DNA of 63,143 nucleotides, the filler included, from Octopus bimaculoides (taxonomy: Eukaryota), in the NCBI RefSeq assembly GCF_001194135.2. It is 5 parts of 4 records of this genome, joined end to end, with 100 filler letters (N's around TTAATTAATTAA, not from the genome) between each part and the next. Parts side by side here need not be neighbours in the genome. Positions count along the whole stretch, not along the records: positions 1 to 19,941 come from NC_069002.1; positions 20,042 to 24,785 come from NC_068981.1; positions 24,886 to 56,358 come from NC_069010.1; 2 more parts are not named here. One strand, written 5' to 3'. Below are positions 15,863 to 28,432 of this stretch, in pieces (within the stretch, counting starts at the first letter, position 1; the number at the start of each line of letters is the position of its first letter). The notes under the pieces were generated by a model. That model worked only from the letters and a program-made list of their open reading frames with translations. It did no database searches and was not told where the DNA came from. A program made the translations under genes and the position numbers.

Positions 15863-16624
15863 ACCTTATAATTCTCCCATTTACAACGAAATCAACCGGA
15901 AACAGATTTTACTAATATAACACAAGTCTACATACACACGCATCAACAATTCTATGCAAGCAAACTGAAAGACCTCGTTCCTTTTTCTTATTTTTTTTCT
16001 TTTTCTATATCTTTTAAAATTATACTTCACTTCTGTTCCAATTTTGAGATATGAATATATACACACCTTGTATAAAAGCCTGACCTTTGCATATATCTAG
16101 ACGAGAATTTGAAGTAATTTCTAAACAAACAGCAAACAAACTCGACTTCCATAAATCACGGAGATTAAAACCCTTCTATACCATACAAATTGCTTATAGA
16201 ATAATGAACACCCAGAGAGAAACTTATTGACATAAAACCTTTACGCAAATACCTTTGGGAACATCAAAACTCGAGAGAAACAATTTACGATAGTAACAAA
16301 GCCTTGACATGCCTGACTAATAACGCCCAACATAAATTTAAAACATAAAATATTCTAAATAACAAAACATCAAGTAAAGAAACGACCAGCCGAAATTTAC
16401 CACCTACCTACATTCTTTTGTGAATAAAATGTCGCCACATCCAATTACTAAGTGCTCAAATACAGGGCTTTGTATACTTGCCCTTTACATTGTCGATTCA
16501 AATGGATTAAAACCAATAATACCAAAAGCAACATATTCTTAACACATTCACAAAAGAGAAACCTACTTTACAAAGTTCTACATACAGGAATAAACTCTCA
16601 ACGATAAAGAATCTCTAATTTAAT

Positions 16625-16812
16625 TAATCATATACATCATCATCATCATTTAACGTTCGATGTCCTAGCTGGCAGGGGTTGGACGGTTTCAACAGAGCTG
16701 ACGAGCTGAGTAGCTGCACCAGTCTGATTTGGCATGGTTTCTACGGCTGGATGCCCTTCCTAACGCCAACCACTGTACAGAGTGTGCTAGAGGATTTTAC
16801 GTGGCACCCCAC
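16625..16812 (-). repeat. Interspersed repeat 3' end with (GAT)n tail; second copy at 26520-26730 (+)
   Basis: Shared ggaagggcatccagccgtagaaaccatgcc...gccagc..ggacgttaaatgatgatg. Confidence 0.65.
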
Positions 16813-17172
16813 GGACGCATATTATATGTGAGAGACAGTTAACAAGGAAGCTTATAAACAATTTGCTGCTCGGTTGAGAAAAAAACCATGATTTTAGTGA
16901 GTCAGAAACAGAATAGTCAAACACGTTCTCTTCGCTCTTAAATAATACTTAAATAACAGAAGGTTTGTAACAAATGCGAGTACGGCAAGATAAAGAAAGA
17001 AATAAAACAGCATTTAGCCATTTAATTAGAAAAAAATTTATATAGAAATCATATCTTTTAAATTTGAATGAAATTTACTTCATATCTTAGAGCAATAAGT
17101 ACATCCAAATTTTTTTGATGTAACATAATGTAATATCTCTCTCTCTCTATATCTCTCCCTCTCTCGCTCTCA

Positions 17173-17209
<37 letters not shown>

Positions 17210-18057
17210 NNNNNNNNNNNNNNNNNNNNNNNNNNNNNNNNNNNNNNNNNNNNNNNNNNNNNNNNNNNNNNNNNNNNNNNNNNNNNNNNNNNNNNNNNNN
17301 NNNNNNNNNNNNNNNNNNNNNNNNNNNNNNNNNNNNNNNNNNNNNNNNNNNNNNNNNNNNNNNNNNNNNNNNNNNNNNNNNNNNNNNNNNNNNNNNNNNN
17401 NNNNNNNNNNNNNNNNNNNNNNNNNNNNNNNNNNNNNNNNNNNNNNNNNNNNNNNNNNNNNNNNNNNNNNNNNNNNNNNNNNNNNNNNNNNNNNNNNNNN
17501 NNNNNNNNNNNNNNNNNNNNNNNNNNNNNNNNNNNNNNNNNNNNNNNNNNNNNNNNNNNNNNNNNNNNNNNNNNNNNNNNNNNNNNNNNNNNNNNNNNNN
17601 NNNNNNNNNNNNNNNNNNNNNNNNNNNNNNNNNNNNNNNNNNNNNNNNNNNNNNNNNNNNNNNNNNNNNNNNNNNNNNNNNNNNNNNNNNNNNNNNNNNN
17701 NNNNNNNNNNNNNNNNNNNNNNNNNNNNNNNNNNNNNNNNNNNNNNNNNNNNNNNNNNTATATATATATATATATATATACATATATATAATGTGTGTGT
17801 GCGTGTGTGTATGTAGACACGCATATACATGTATACACACACATAATCTGTATATGTATACGCATTACGCCCACGTATATATAGACGAATACATGGGCTT
17901 ACATTAAATTCCTCAATCGATTGCATGGTTTTTAGCTTTAGAGTGAACGTGCTTCTTCGTGTATATGTGGGAGTGATTCAATGAGTTTGCAAGTGTACAT
18001 ATGTGTGTGTGCGCGCGTATATATACACACATACATATACATACACCCATATATATT

Positions 18058-18105
<48 letters not shown>

Positions 18106-18489
18106 TATATATATATATATAGATGCACACACACACACACACACATATATACAATTGCATATGTTTTGTAACTCTATATGTATGTATGTTTATTTGGTTG
18201 ATGATATTTGTCACTTCTTCATGTTTTTACGAAACATTGCTCCTTGACGCGTTGATCAACAAAGGCATCTCGTCCTTTGTTTACAATTCCCCTTTGGTCC
18301 TATTATTTGCTGCCTATTAATTATTAATGAACAGAATTCTTTTCCCTAGATACCGTGCCTGTTATATTGCTGGCCAATGAGTTTATGCTTTACATGAATT
18401 TTGGCAATTCCTTTCAACAAAAGTAAATCAATTCTTTACCTATTTTATTGAAACCCTGCAGTCGATTAGTTTTAAATAATGTAACAAAT

Positions 18490-18870
18490 GTGCCGTATAG
18501 TGTTTCAAATACATGACCTATAGTGAAATATGCCATCAAGATGTAGGACAAGATACTGCAATAGCCTGGGCTTCAGATGTCCACAACTCTTCAATATCCT
18601 CCCGAAGGACCTGAGAGATCTGCATGGGATGGATGAAGGTGTATTCAAAATAAAACTGGACCTCTTACTGTCAAGTGTCCCAGATGAGCCAACTTCGCGG
18701 CAGGAGGTGCAGATGAGGGCAGCTGTATCAAACAAACACTTTCATGTATCAAATGTCAATCCCTAAAAAGCATTTGTGAAGTAAAATTATGTAGCAACAC
18801 CAAATGGTGGTGCCCCAGCAGAGCCACAGCTCGTTAGCTGAGACTACCGAAAATAAAAATAAATAAAAAT
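18490..18870 (+). mobile_element. CR1-group LINE 3' end with A-rich tail
   Basis: RTRYCNSLGFRCPQLFNILPKDLRDL...FKIKLDLLLSSVPDEP, then ggtggtgccccagca... and aaataaaaataaataaaaat. Confidence 0.75.
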
Positions 18871-19196
18871 ACAATAAAAAAGTATATCGTGATATATTAT
18901 TGTCGAAATCAATTAAATATAATTCTTACGTATATACGTGTACATTAATTTCCGTTAGAAAACTATAGAGGTTACGACCACTTAATTTCATTCTTTACCA
19001 GAGTGCGTACTGATATATATGTACGAAAGCAATTTATGTTTGCAGAAAGCTATATTAAAAACGGACGCATATAATGTCAACTTCTGTTTTGTAATAATAG
19101 TAGCAAGTTAGTCATTATTTCACGTTATTTCTTTCTTTTCGATAGATTCTCTGCATATCGCTTACCTTTAGGCATTACGAGTAAAGGGTATAAACT

Positions 19197-19425
19197 ACAT
19201 AGGGTGACTAAAAAGGCGTCACGTTAGAGCTGTGAAATCTTTCATGCATTAATTTCGACTCATTTGATGAGTAACTTCTTTACATCTATCTGTTCATGGA
19301 AACTGACTTTAGAATGTTGAAAGATCTCAAACGTAAATAGTAGCGACTTCAATGGAAATGGATAAATTTAGCATCGTACTGTCATCAAATACCTGCAGAA
19401 AAAATAATTTATCCCCGGAAGACAG
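19197..19425 (+). mobile_element. Mariner 5' fragment
   Basis: tacatagggtgact end-like sequence and MDK..HRTVIKYLQKK-like N-terminus. Confidence 0.45.
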
Positions 19426-19805
19426 TGATGCTAACACGCTGGTTCAATACGGGATGGGGTAATTCATAAAACAATGAATATGGTGGTTTCTTGAACAATT
19501 TTCCTTGAATTATAAATTACATTAAACCAGCAATAGTTATAATATTGAAATATATTCATCGAACGTTTCAAACTAAAAGTAAAGGCTTATTAATTTTCAG
19601 CATCTAATAAACAGAATTACGTCCATCGGAGGAGGGAATAACATTTTGGAGTCATATTTTATATTTGTTTACATTTGGGTGGTTGTTTACATCCGTCTTA
19701 TCTTCACTCTCAGATTCACATCCCATTTTCTGACAGTCATACACATGTAAATACACGTACAACCACATTAGCTTACAAACTCACGGACATACACACACAC
19801 ACGCT

Positions 19806-19840
<35 letters not shown>

Positions 19841-19941
19841 TGTGTTACTATAGCATGGTTCTTGTTTTGGCGCCTTTAGTAGATTGCAGAATAACATACT
19901 CACTCTCTCTGTTCCCTTCACTCTCTCTCTCTCTCTCTCTC

Positions 19942-20041
19942 NNNNNNNNNNNNNNNNNNNNNNNNNNNNNNNNNNNNNNNNNNNNTTAATTAATTAANNN
20001 NNNNNNNNNNNNNNNNNNNNNNNNNNNNNNNNNNNNNNNNN
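19942..20041. other. Artificial scaffold spacer (44 N + TTAATTAATTAA + 44 N)
   Basis: The 12-mer places stops in all six frames; the same construct occurs four times. Confidence 0.95.
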
Positions 20042-20192
20042 ATTTTTTAAGAATAAAAAATATTCTTAAAAAAATTATCTTCGTTAAAAGACCGCTTCCT
20101 TCAAATCTTCCACCGGTTCTTTTGGCTAATTCCATCGATGTTATTGGATTAGATATGTTTTTGTATAGGGAGCCCGGTGTAGCACATCCATC

Positions 20193-20950
<758 letters not shown>

Positions 20951-21081
20951 ACAAAGAAGAAACAAATATGGCCCCCTCCTTCCAGTAACATCTTCCACAT
21001 ATTCTCATATATAGCTTGCACCCCTACATACTACATACATACACACTGTACATTCACACAGGCTTCCATATCTAAACCTTT

Positions 21082-21133
<52 letters not shown>

Positions 21134-21179
21134 GCACAGACAAACTGACCATTTTCGCACTTTCCTGTCTTAAAGACCA

Positions 21180-21420
21180 CTTTCTCTAACTCTCTCCACT
21201 CCCAGTCACTTTAGCCATGTAACCACATACGTGATTTTCCTGGACGTTTTTTCCCCTTCTCTGGATCTTTCCTTTCTCCTCTCTCTGACGAAAAGCCATG
21301 CTCGAAACGTTACGCATCTACTCTTTTTTTCCACCTTTAATGAGCGTCAACCGTATACATTTCATCTGTACGTCCTTTAAACTTTTGTTATTTGTTATTT
21401 TAAATTTCCGATTTGCCTAT
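21180..21420 (+). mobile_element. Penelope-like element terminal repeat remnant
   Basis: ctgacgaaaagccatgctcgaaacg...gagcgtc motif; related antisense copies at 31750-31890 and 53940-53990. Confidence 0.45.
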
Positions 21421-21436
21421 ATATATATACTGCCAT

Positions 21437-22890
21437 TGGACGACATGACCGAGCTTGTAAAGAAGACGGCAGTAAATAGTTTGCTGCAACTTAAGGCAAG
21501 CTCCGATAAAGTGGTGCAAAATAGTGAACCAGTTGTTCGTTGTGGGAGGAAGTGGAAACTAGTGGAAGCAGCAGTGAGGGCGGAGAGCATGTCCTAGATT
21601 TGAGGACATGTCTAGGGGTCAATTTGACCGTGCAGGCCTTGGATCTTTGAAGTTCTGAGCATCATGGAGCAAGATGTCCAGCAAGGAGAGGCGATCGGAG
21701 CTGTGCAAGGCAGCTTCGGCAGAGCACGATGATCTATATTACGTTCGTGCAGTTCAGCTTGGAGTGCAAGGCAGCTGGACGTCATGGGTAAACGTGAAAA
21801 ATCGCGACCTGAAATGGAGAACTCTACTTGACATGAGCCTGAAGCTGCTCCAATTTGTAATTGGTTCAACGTATGACACCGTGGCTTCCCCGAAGAATTT
21901 GAAGAGATGGAGACTCGCATAAGATGACGCATGTAACCTGTGTCAAGAGGAGGGGTGCACCACAGCTCATATTTTAACCGGGTGCCCCGTCAGTCTCCGG
22001 CAAGGACGATATACTTGGCGACACAACCGAGTACTGAGAGTGTTACTCCAGAGTCTTCGGGAGGAGATATCGGAAGCAAACAGATGTCCAAAGAGAAGTG
22101 AAGATACGAAGATTCATTTCGTGCGGCAGGGGGATGCTCGACCTCGTCGTACCGCAAAGAGACGGTCGAGGCTTTTAACTTCAGTAAACGATTGGACAAT
22201 CATGACAGATTTAGACACGAAATTGATCTTCCCAGAAAAGATTGCCGTCACGAACCTTCGGCCAGACATATTGATCTTTTCCGAGCAGAGGAAGACAATA
22301 GCACTGATTGAACTTACAGTTTGTGATGAAAGCAACGTGCAGACTTCACATGAGAGGAAAATGAGGAAATACGAAGAACTGAAACTGCTTTGTGATAACA
22401 ACGGTTGGGCAACTTCAGTGTGGCCGGTAGAAGTGGGCTGTAGAGGTTTCGCATCGCATGCCCTCCCTCCTTCGTTATACCGACTTGGTGCGCGTCACTC
22501 TAAAGTAAAGGCACTAGAGAAGTCAGTATGTAGCGTTGCTGAAAGAGCTTCCTATCATCTCTGGCTCTCAAGACAACAGAAATCATGGGGTACGCCCCGT
22601 GATTAAGACTGATCATAACGTAATAGAGGGTGCGCCGATTCTCCCTTTCATAATCCACATGATAACGGGACTGAAATGCACGTGGAGCGGTGCACTTTGC
22701 TACTTGGAGATGCGGTTTTGAGCTTTGTGCACTTCGCATCATGGAAAACAGGTTGGTTTGAAGATTCGTATTGCCAGGTCCGGTTTCATAATCGGGTCAG
22801 AAACGAATCTTTGAACCACCTTTTTCTGCTCCCTGGCAACTGAGGACGAGGGCAGACCAAGCTAACCTGTTTCCAACTAATTTTGGCTTT
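21437..22890 (+). mobile_element. 5'-truncated non-LTR retrotransposon with CCHC zinc knuckle and restriction-like endonuclease (HERO-like clade)
   Basis: Frame 21674-22606 is open except one TAA (21920-21922): CNLC-x8-H-x4-C, QGRYTWRHNRVL, LRPDILIFS, IELTV, KMRKYEEL, PVEVGCRGF, AERASYHLW. Boundaries approximate. Confidence 0.85.
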
Positions 22891-23399
22891 CTCCTGCCGG
22901 AGTGTTTGCCTTTTCTTGGCCAAGTTTATGGTATTTTTCATCATATATATATATATATATATATATTAAAGGTGATAAATTGAATATTAATTTAATTAAC
23001 ATCAATTTAAAACCAGTGGCCTAGGATATAAAAAATCTGAAAATTCAGAAAAATTGTANNNNNNNNNNNNNNNNNNNNNNNNNNNNNNNNNNNNNNNNNN
23101 NNNNNNNNNNNNNNNNNNNNNNNNNNNNNNNNNNNNNNNNNNNNNNNNNNNNNNNNNNNNNNNNNNNNNNNNNNNNNNNNNNNNNNNNNNNNNNNNNNNN
23201 NNNNNNNNNNNNNNNNNNNNNNNNNNNNNNNNNNNNNNNNNNNNNNNNNNNNNNNNNNNNNNNNNNNNNNNNNNNNNNNNNNNNNNNNNNNNNNNNNNNN
23301 NNNNNNNNNNNNNNNNNNNNNNNNNNNNNNNNNNNNNNNNNNNNGGGACAACAAAATATCTAGATAGACGATACAAAGAAAACAAGGACGGGTCATTCG

Positions 23400-24785
23400 G
23401 AGTTTTCTTTCCTCAGTCCAGTTCCAGTTTATCTTTGCAATTTTGGCTGGTTATATTTGAGATTGCTCCAATCTGGCCAGCCCCAAGGAAAAACTAAGCT
23501 AAAAGCATTAGATTCCTTGGAAGAAAGTAGCGAATGTATACGAAAACAAGGACTGAAAAAACGGAGAAGGTTACACAAATACAAATAACAGGATATAACA
23601 ACAGGTGTCTTTCGACCGTATGTGTCAACAACAAATTGCACCCCCTCTAACTGAGCTCTGGAGAAACTCACTTGATGCAGGCTACATTCCTGATCATTTT
23701 CTTCCCCAGTTTGTCGTTCCAGTCTTAACAAAGGGAAACAAATCTCTTGCAGTGAATTACCGTCCGATTTCACTCACTTCTCATATCATTAAAGTATTTG
23801 AGAGGGTGGTGAGATCACGAATAACTCACTTCCTCGAAGACAACAATCTGCTGAACCCCAACCAGCATGGGCTCCGTGATAGCAGGGACTGCCTGTCGCA
23901 GTTTCTGCACCATTTTGATAACATCTTAAAAGCGTTGGGAGAAGGCTCCAACACTGACGTCATATACCTTGATTTCAGCAAGGCATTTGACAGAGTGGAC
24001 CACAAAATCCTGCTGAAGAAACTGTCCAATATTGGAGTCCGTAGAAAGCTGCTGCAGTTGATAAAGTGTTTCCTGACGAACAGAACCCAACATATTTTGT
24101 TTGAGGGAATACGGTCCAGCTCAGCCAAAGTCAGTAGTGGTGTCCCACAAGGTACTGTGTTGGGCCCACTCCTCTTCATTATTTACATCAACGACATAGT
24201 GGATGTCATCAAACATTCTGCATTGAAAATCTTTGCGGATGATTCCAAACTCCAGAAAGCCATAAACGGTATGAGGGACCGAACATGCCTTCCGTCAGAT
24301 CTGTTTGCTATTGTCTAATGTGCGGAAAAAACAATATGCTTTTAAATGAGGATAAGTTTGATTTGATCCACTTTTGGAGAGAGGAAACTCTGTAATGACC
24401 ATATGCTCTTCTCTCGAGCGACTTCCTAGTGTCATCCAACAACACCAGAGATCTTGGAGTTGATAACAATCTAAGCTGGAGTTCCCACGTAAACAGCAAA
24501 GTTGACTTGGCCCGCAAGATGTGCTCCTGGATTCTGAGAACTTTCTGGTCTAGAGATGCCTACACCATCATCCTTCTCTACTCTACTTTTGCCCGACCCC
24601 ACCTTGAGTACTGTTGCCCACTGTGGTCCCCCCCATACGAAGTAACTCATTATGAAAGTAGAAGCACTCCAGAGGTCAATGACAAGAAAGACAGACGGCA
24701 TTAGAGGCATTGATTATTGGGGTCAACTAAAAAAACTCAATCTCTACTCTCCCCAACGCCGCCGGGAGCGCTATATCATTTGTGT
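23400..24785 (+). mobile_element. CR1-group LINE reverse transcriptase remnant (frameshifted)
   Basis: NYRPISLTSHIIKVFER, YLDFSKAFDRVDH, SGVPQGTVLGPLLFIIYIND, IFADDSK, and downstream RPHLEYCCPLWSP and RRRERY. Confidence 0.92.
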
Positions 24786-24885
24786 NNNNNNNNNNNNNNN
24801 NNNNNNNNNNNNNNNNNNNNNNNNNNNNNTTAATTAATTAANNNNNNNNNNNNNNNNNNNNNNNNNNNNNNNNNNNNNNNNNNNN
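24786..24885. other. Artificial scaffold spacer
   Basis: N-run + TTAATTAATTAA + N-run; lies about 500 bp beyond the last aGPCR exon found. Confidence 0.95.
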
Positions 24886-24916
<31 letters not shown>

Positions 24917-25382
24917 TATGTGTGTTTGTGTTTGTCACCCACCAACTGTTGTTCACAATTTTGACTTTAATCTATTGCTGTTTTAAGAGAATACTGTGAT
25001 TTAATTTATACCCGGTCAACCTCTGCACGAATCAGCAAATGTTTAACTTGTTTAATTTCTTATATTGGAATAAAGACACTGGATTAACTCAGGATGTTTG
25101 GGATCTTCGTCACTCTGAAGCGGTCAAATCAAATTGCAATATCGTTACTGTCATTTCTGTGTTTTTAATACACCAAATTCCTAAAGAGAAGTCTATTTGA
25201 GACAAAACTCAGAACAAATGCCGTCTTGAGTTTCTCTATGCATTATAAATGAGTCACAGACAAATTGCCATATATAGAGGACTACATATATGAAAACAAT
25301 GGCAGTTATTTTGTATTAATATTGTTATCAAAACACGTATCAATGAATTCAAACAGAAAGAAGAAATCTTTTTGTTCCGTAC

Positions 25383-25541
25383 CCTATATAGCTTATCATC
25401 GCTCGTGGAGAAAAAGAATATCCTTGAAAAGGCTGATATTTCTTCGACTTTCAGATGTTTTGGTAAACTTTTTGGTAATGAAATAAAGGAAATTGTCTGT
25501 ATATCTTCTTGTTGTGAATCAGGGTGTGAGTGGTTATAGAG
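25383..25541 (-). CDS. aGPCR exon: GAIN subdomain B (LYNHSHPDSQQEDIQTISFISLPKSLPKHLKVEEISAFSRIFFFSTSDDKLYR)
   Basis: 159 bp, phase 0-0, tctctaacAG|...AGG|GTacgg; FISLPKSL and RIxFxxxxDDKLY match GAIN-B patterns. Confidence 0.9.
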
Positions 25542-25599
25542 CTGTTAGAGAAAAATGAAAGAAAAATTTGAAATTGATAAATAATAAATAAGAGAGCAG

Positions 25600-26505
25600 T
25601 TCATCTGAAGAGTTTGATAATGATATAAAAATGGGGGAAAAATGACGTATATGCTTAGATGCAACTGAGTCCCTACATTTGTTAATTCAAACGGAATTAA
25701 ATGACTTAGTGCTCGATTTGGAATTACCAAAAGAAAAGACAGAGTTGCTCGGCTCCAGACTTCAAGATCGGAATTTTCTCCAGCCAAACTCCAAAGTTCC
25801 CAATCGTCATCTGCAGTTTCATCATTTTACTTAGAGGAGGACAACATTTGTCTCTGCCACGATATCAGTGGTCTGATAGAAAAGATTGGCTTTCGCTATG
25901 ATCCAAAAGTATGTAGACTGTTCATTGACTCTAATAAAGCTTGCCTTAAAGCTGTATTACTGTACAACGGTGATGAAAATCTTTCAATACTTGTAGCACA
26001 TGTCACCGACCTTAATGAGACTTATGAATCAATGAAACTGCTGCAAAGGCTCATCGAATATAAAGGCCACATACGTAATATTTGTGGTGGCCCTAAAGTT
26101 GCATTATTAGTTCTTAGGTTATACTTGGGTTACACAAAGCGTGACTGCTTTTTGTGTCCCTGGAAGAACGGAGATAGCAAGAAATACTACAAAAAACGTG
26201 ATCTTCCAGTTCTAGATGAACTGAACATGTTGATAAACACAATGTGAAATACCCAGCACTTATTGACTCTCAGATAATACATCTTCCATCACTTCTCATT
26301 AAACTTGGCTCTTTGTTGAATTTCGCGAAGAGTATGGATGATCAATGTAGTGGTTTCCAATAATTAAAGGATAAATTTAAAGGAATTTTGACAGATACTA
26401 AACTTGAAGCTGGAGTTTTCACTTGACCTCTAATCTGCAGTGTCATCCTCGATTCACCGTTTCCATTTAATCTAAATGAGAATGAACTAGGAGCACTAAC
26501 CACTG
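25600..26505 (+). mobile_element. Degraded Chapaev-like (CMC superfamily) DNA transposase
   Basis: QTELNDLVLDLELPKEKTELLGSRLQ, RLFIDSNKACLKAVLLYNG, LGYTKRDCFLCPW, LPSLLIKLG and KLEAGVFT(*)PLICSVI across frameshifts; motifs recalled from Chapaev3-type transposases. Confidence 0.7.
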
Positions 26506-26873
26506 AGTCAAACTTCAGTACTACCAAATGGCATGAGAAAAGCATCCAGTACGCTCTGTAAAGTGGGTGTCGTAAGGAAGGGCAACATCCATCCACAGAA
26601 ATCATGCCAAAGCTGACTCTGTAGCACAGTACAGTCCTTGGAGAGACCGGATTCTGTCAAACCATTCAATTCATGCCAGCATGAAACGTGGACGTTAAAT
26701 AATGATGATGATGATGATGATGATGATGTAATATAGATGACACTCACACAAAACTTGTTATTATCTTTTTTTTTGTGCTGAAGCAAAAGATAAGAAAAAT
26801 AATGCCGTCAGTTGTATGGATATAAGTTCTAATTATTACGTTAGCATTATAGCTGATCTATTTAATCTGTGTG

Positions 26874-26914
<41 letters not shown>

Positions 26915-27061
26915 TTTTGTAAGATGTATCAGATAATGTATATACAATAACTACTTTATACGACAATAAATGAAATTATATTGCATTCTAATGTATTTCA
27001 TCAATTTGGGTGTTTAGAAAAAAACGGTTAACAAGAGAGTAATCATGTAAACGTATTGTAC

Positions 27062-27227
27062 CTGTGCTTCTGTTTCATTAGTTCCATAGAAAACACCATA
27101 GAAAAGACCATCGAAAGTGTCCTTATTCACTTTGGCAACACCAATACCAAGATTAGAATATATAGCTGTGACTTGCTGCTCTTCCAGTGGAATCTTTTCT
27201 GGGATCGTTTCTATAATGTCCAGTAAT
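27062..27227 (-). CDS. aGPCR exon: GAIN ((R)LLDIIETIPEKIPLEEQQVTAIYSNLGIGVAKVNKDTFDGLFYGVFYGTNETEAQ)
   Basis: 166 bp, phase 2-0, ttttctcacAG|...CAG|GTacaa; the last GAIN-A helix followed by beta strands (SNLGIGV, FxG). Confidence 0.9.
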
Positions 27228-27465
27228 CTGTGAGAAAATCAAGAAAATGACTTTCAATTAACAATGTGTTTCGAATACGTAATTAGCTGTAGGTGTAATT
27301 ACACTAATTATCTTAACTAACATGTCTTTGTATGCTACTGTTGCTTCTACTACCTCTGTTGTTGCTAGGTTAGCGTTGATGCAGAACATTTTATTATTTA
27401 TGCTGCTGCAAATATGGCTGCTGCTATTGCTTCTTTTCTTTCTTCCTTTCTCTCTTCGTCTTCAT

Positions 27466-27502
<37 letters not shown>

Positions 27503-27526
27503 AAGGAAAAGTGATTTGAATATTAC

Positions 27527-27758
27527 CTGCTGACACTTCTATCAGCTTGTTCTGCCTCAGCCAAAACCTTCTCTGGTGTGTTCATTATATTGTTGATACC
27601 AAGAAGTATATTGTCCAGTGTTATATTAGCCGACACGTTCGATATCAATGGCGCCATTTTCTCAAGAATATCTACAGCCAAGTCAATATCTTGTTGTTTG
27701 AAATACACTGACTTTTGCGAAACATTTAAGACCTCTTTCGAAATATCGCCGATATTAC
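27527..27758 (-). CDS. aGPCR exon: GAIN subdomain A helices ((G)NIGDISKEVLNVSQKSVYFKQQDIDLAVDILEKMAPLISNVSANITLDNILLGINNIMNTPEKVLAEAEQADRSVS-R)
   Basis: 232 bp, phase 1-2, catttaAG|...AG|GTaata; helical pattern resembling the GAIN-A region of ADGRG-type receptors. Confidence 0.9.
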
Positions 27759-28204
27759 CTTAAATGAAAATTTTACCATGAAATTTAATGGAATTACAGT
27801 CGCTTTGATTTGAAATATTAAATGCAAATTAAATGTCACATAACAAGTAACGAATCACCGGAAGTTAATTAAAAACTCCGACTTCAAAGACCAGAAAGAT
27901 TGCTGAATGTGTTCAGTTCATCAGTTCTGTACTCATCAAACAGCCTGAGGGTCTCCTGCTCTGTAACATTAACTGAAACAGCGGGGGAGTTACACAACAC
28001 TGTGGCGCCCTTTATAGGTTAGTAAGGCAGACACTTGATGGTAGTGGACGACGTGTGTTTGTACACAATATCATTGACAATCAATGAAAAGCGATACACC
28101 AACCGTCTTAAACAGCCATTAATTTCAACTCAATTATTTTTCTAATCCCAAGGTGAATCTAGACGAAAGCGGGTCGCCGTTCTAAGGAATAATATTGGTT
28201 TTCA

Positions 28205-28432
28205 AATACTTAGTTCAAATTTTGGTACTAGGCCAGCAATTCTGGGGGAGGATGTAAGTCAATTACATTGACCCCCACTGCTCAAATGGTATTTGTTTTA
28301 TCGACTCCGAAAGGATGAATGATAAAGTGAATCTCAGAGAAATTTGAACTCAGAAAGTGAGGACAGACGAAATGCCGCTAAGCACTTCCTTCGTCCGGCG
28401 TGCTAACAATTCTGCCACTTCACTTCCTTGAT
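28205..28432 (-). mobile_element. SINE family C; partial copies at 29485-29665 and 41324-41450
   Basis: Shared ttcaaattttggtac...gacccc...gaaaggat..aggcaaagtcgacctcg..gaatttgaactcag...gattctgccagctcgccgcctt. Confidence 0.7.

Noticed and set aside
16140-16620. Possible Penelope-like coding remnant
   Set aside because: Too degraded to recover a convincing RT or GIY-YIG motif by eye.
25254-25382. Read-through of the last GAIN donor giving a 42-aa Cys/His-containing tail and a stop (possible secreted isoform)
   Set aside because: The donor is canonical, a 42-codon open stretch is expected by chance, and there is no poly(A) or expression evidence.
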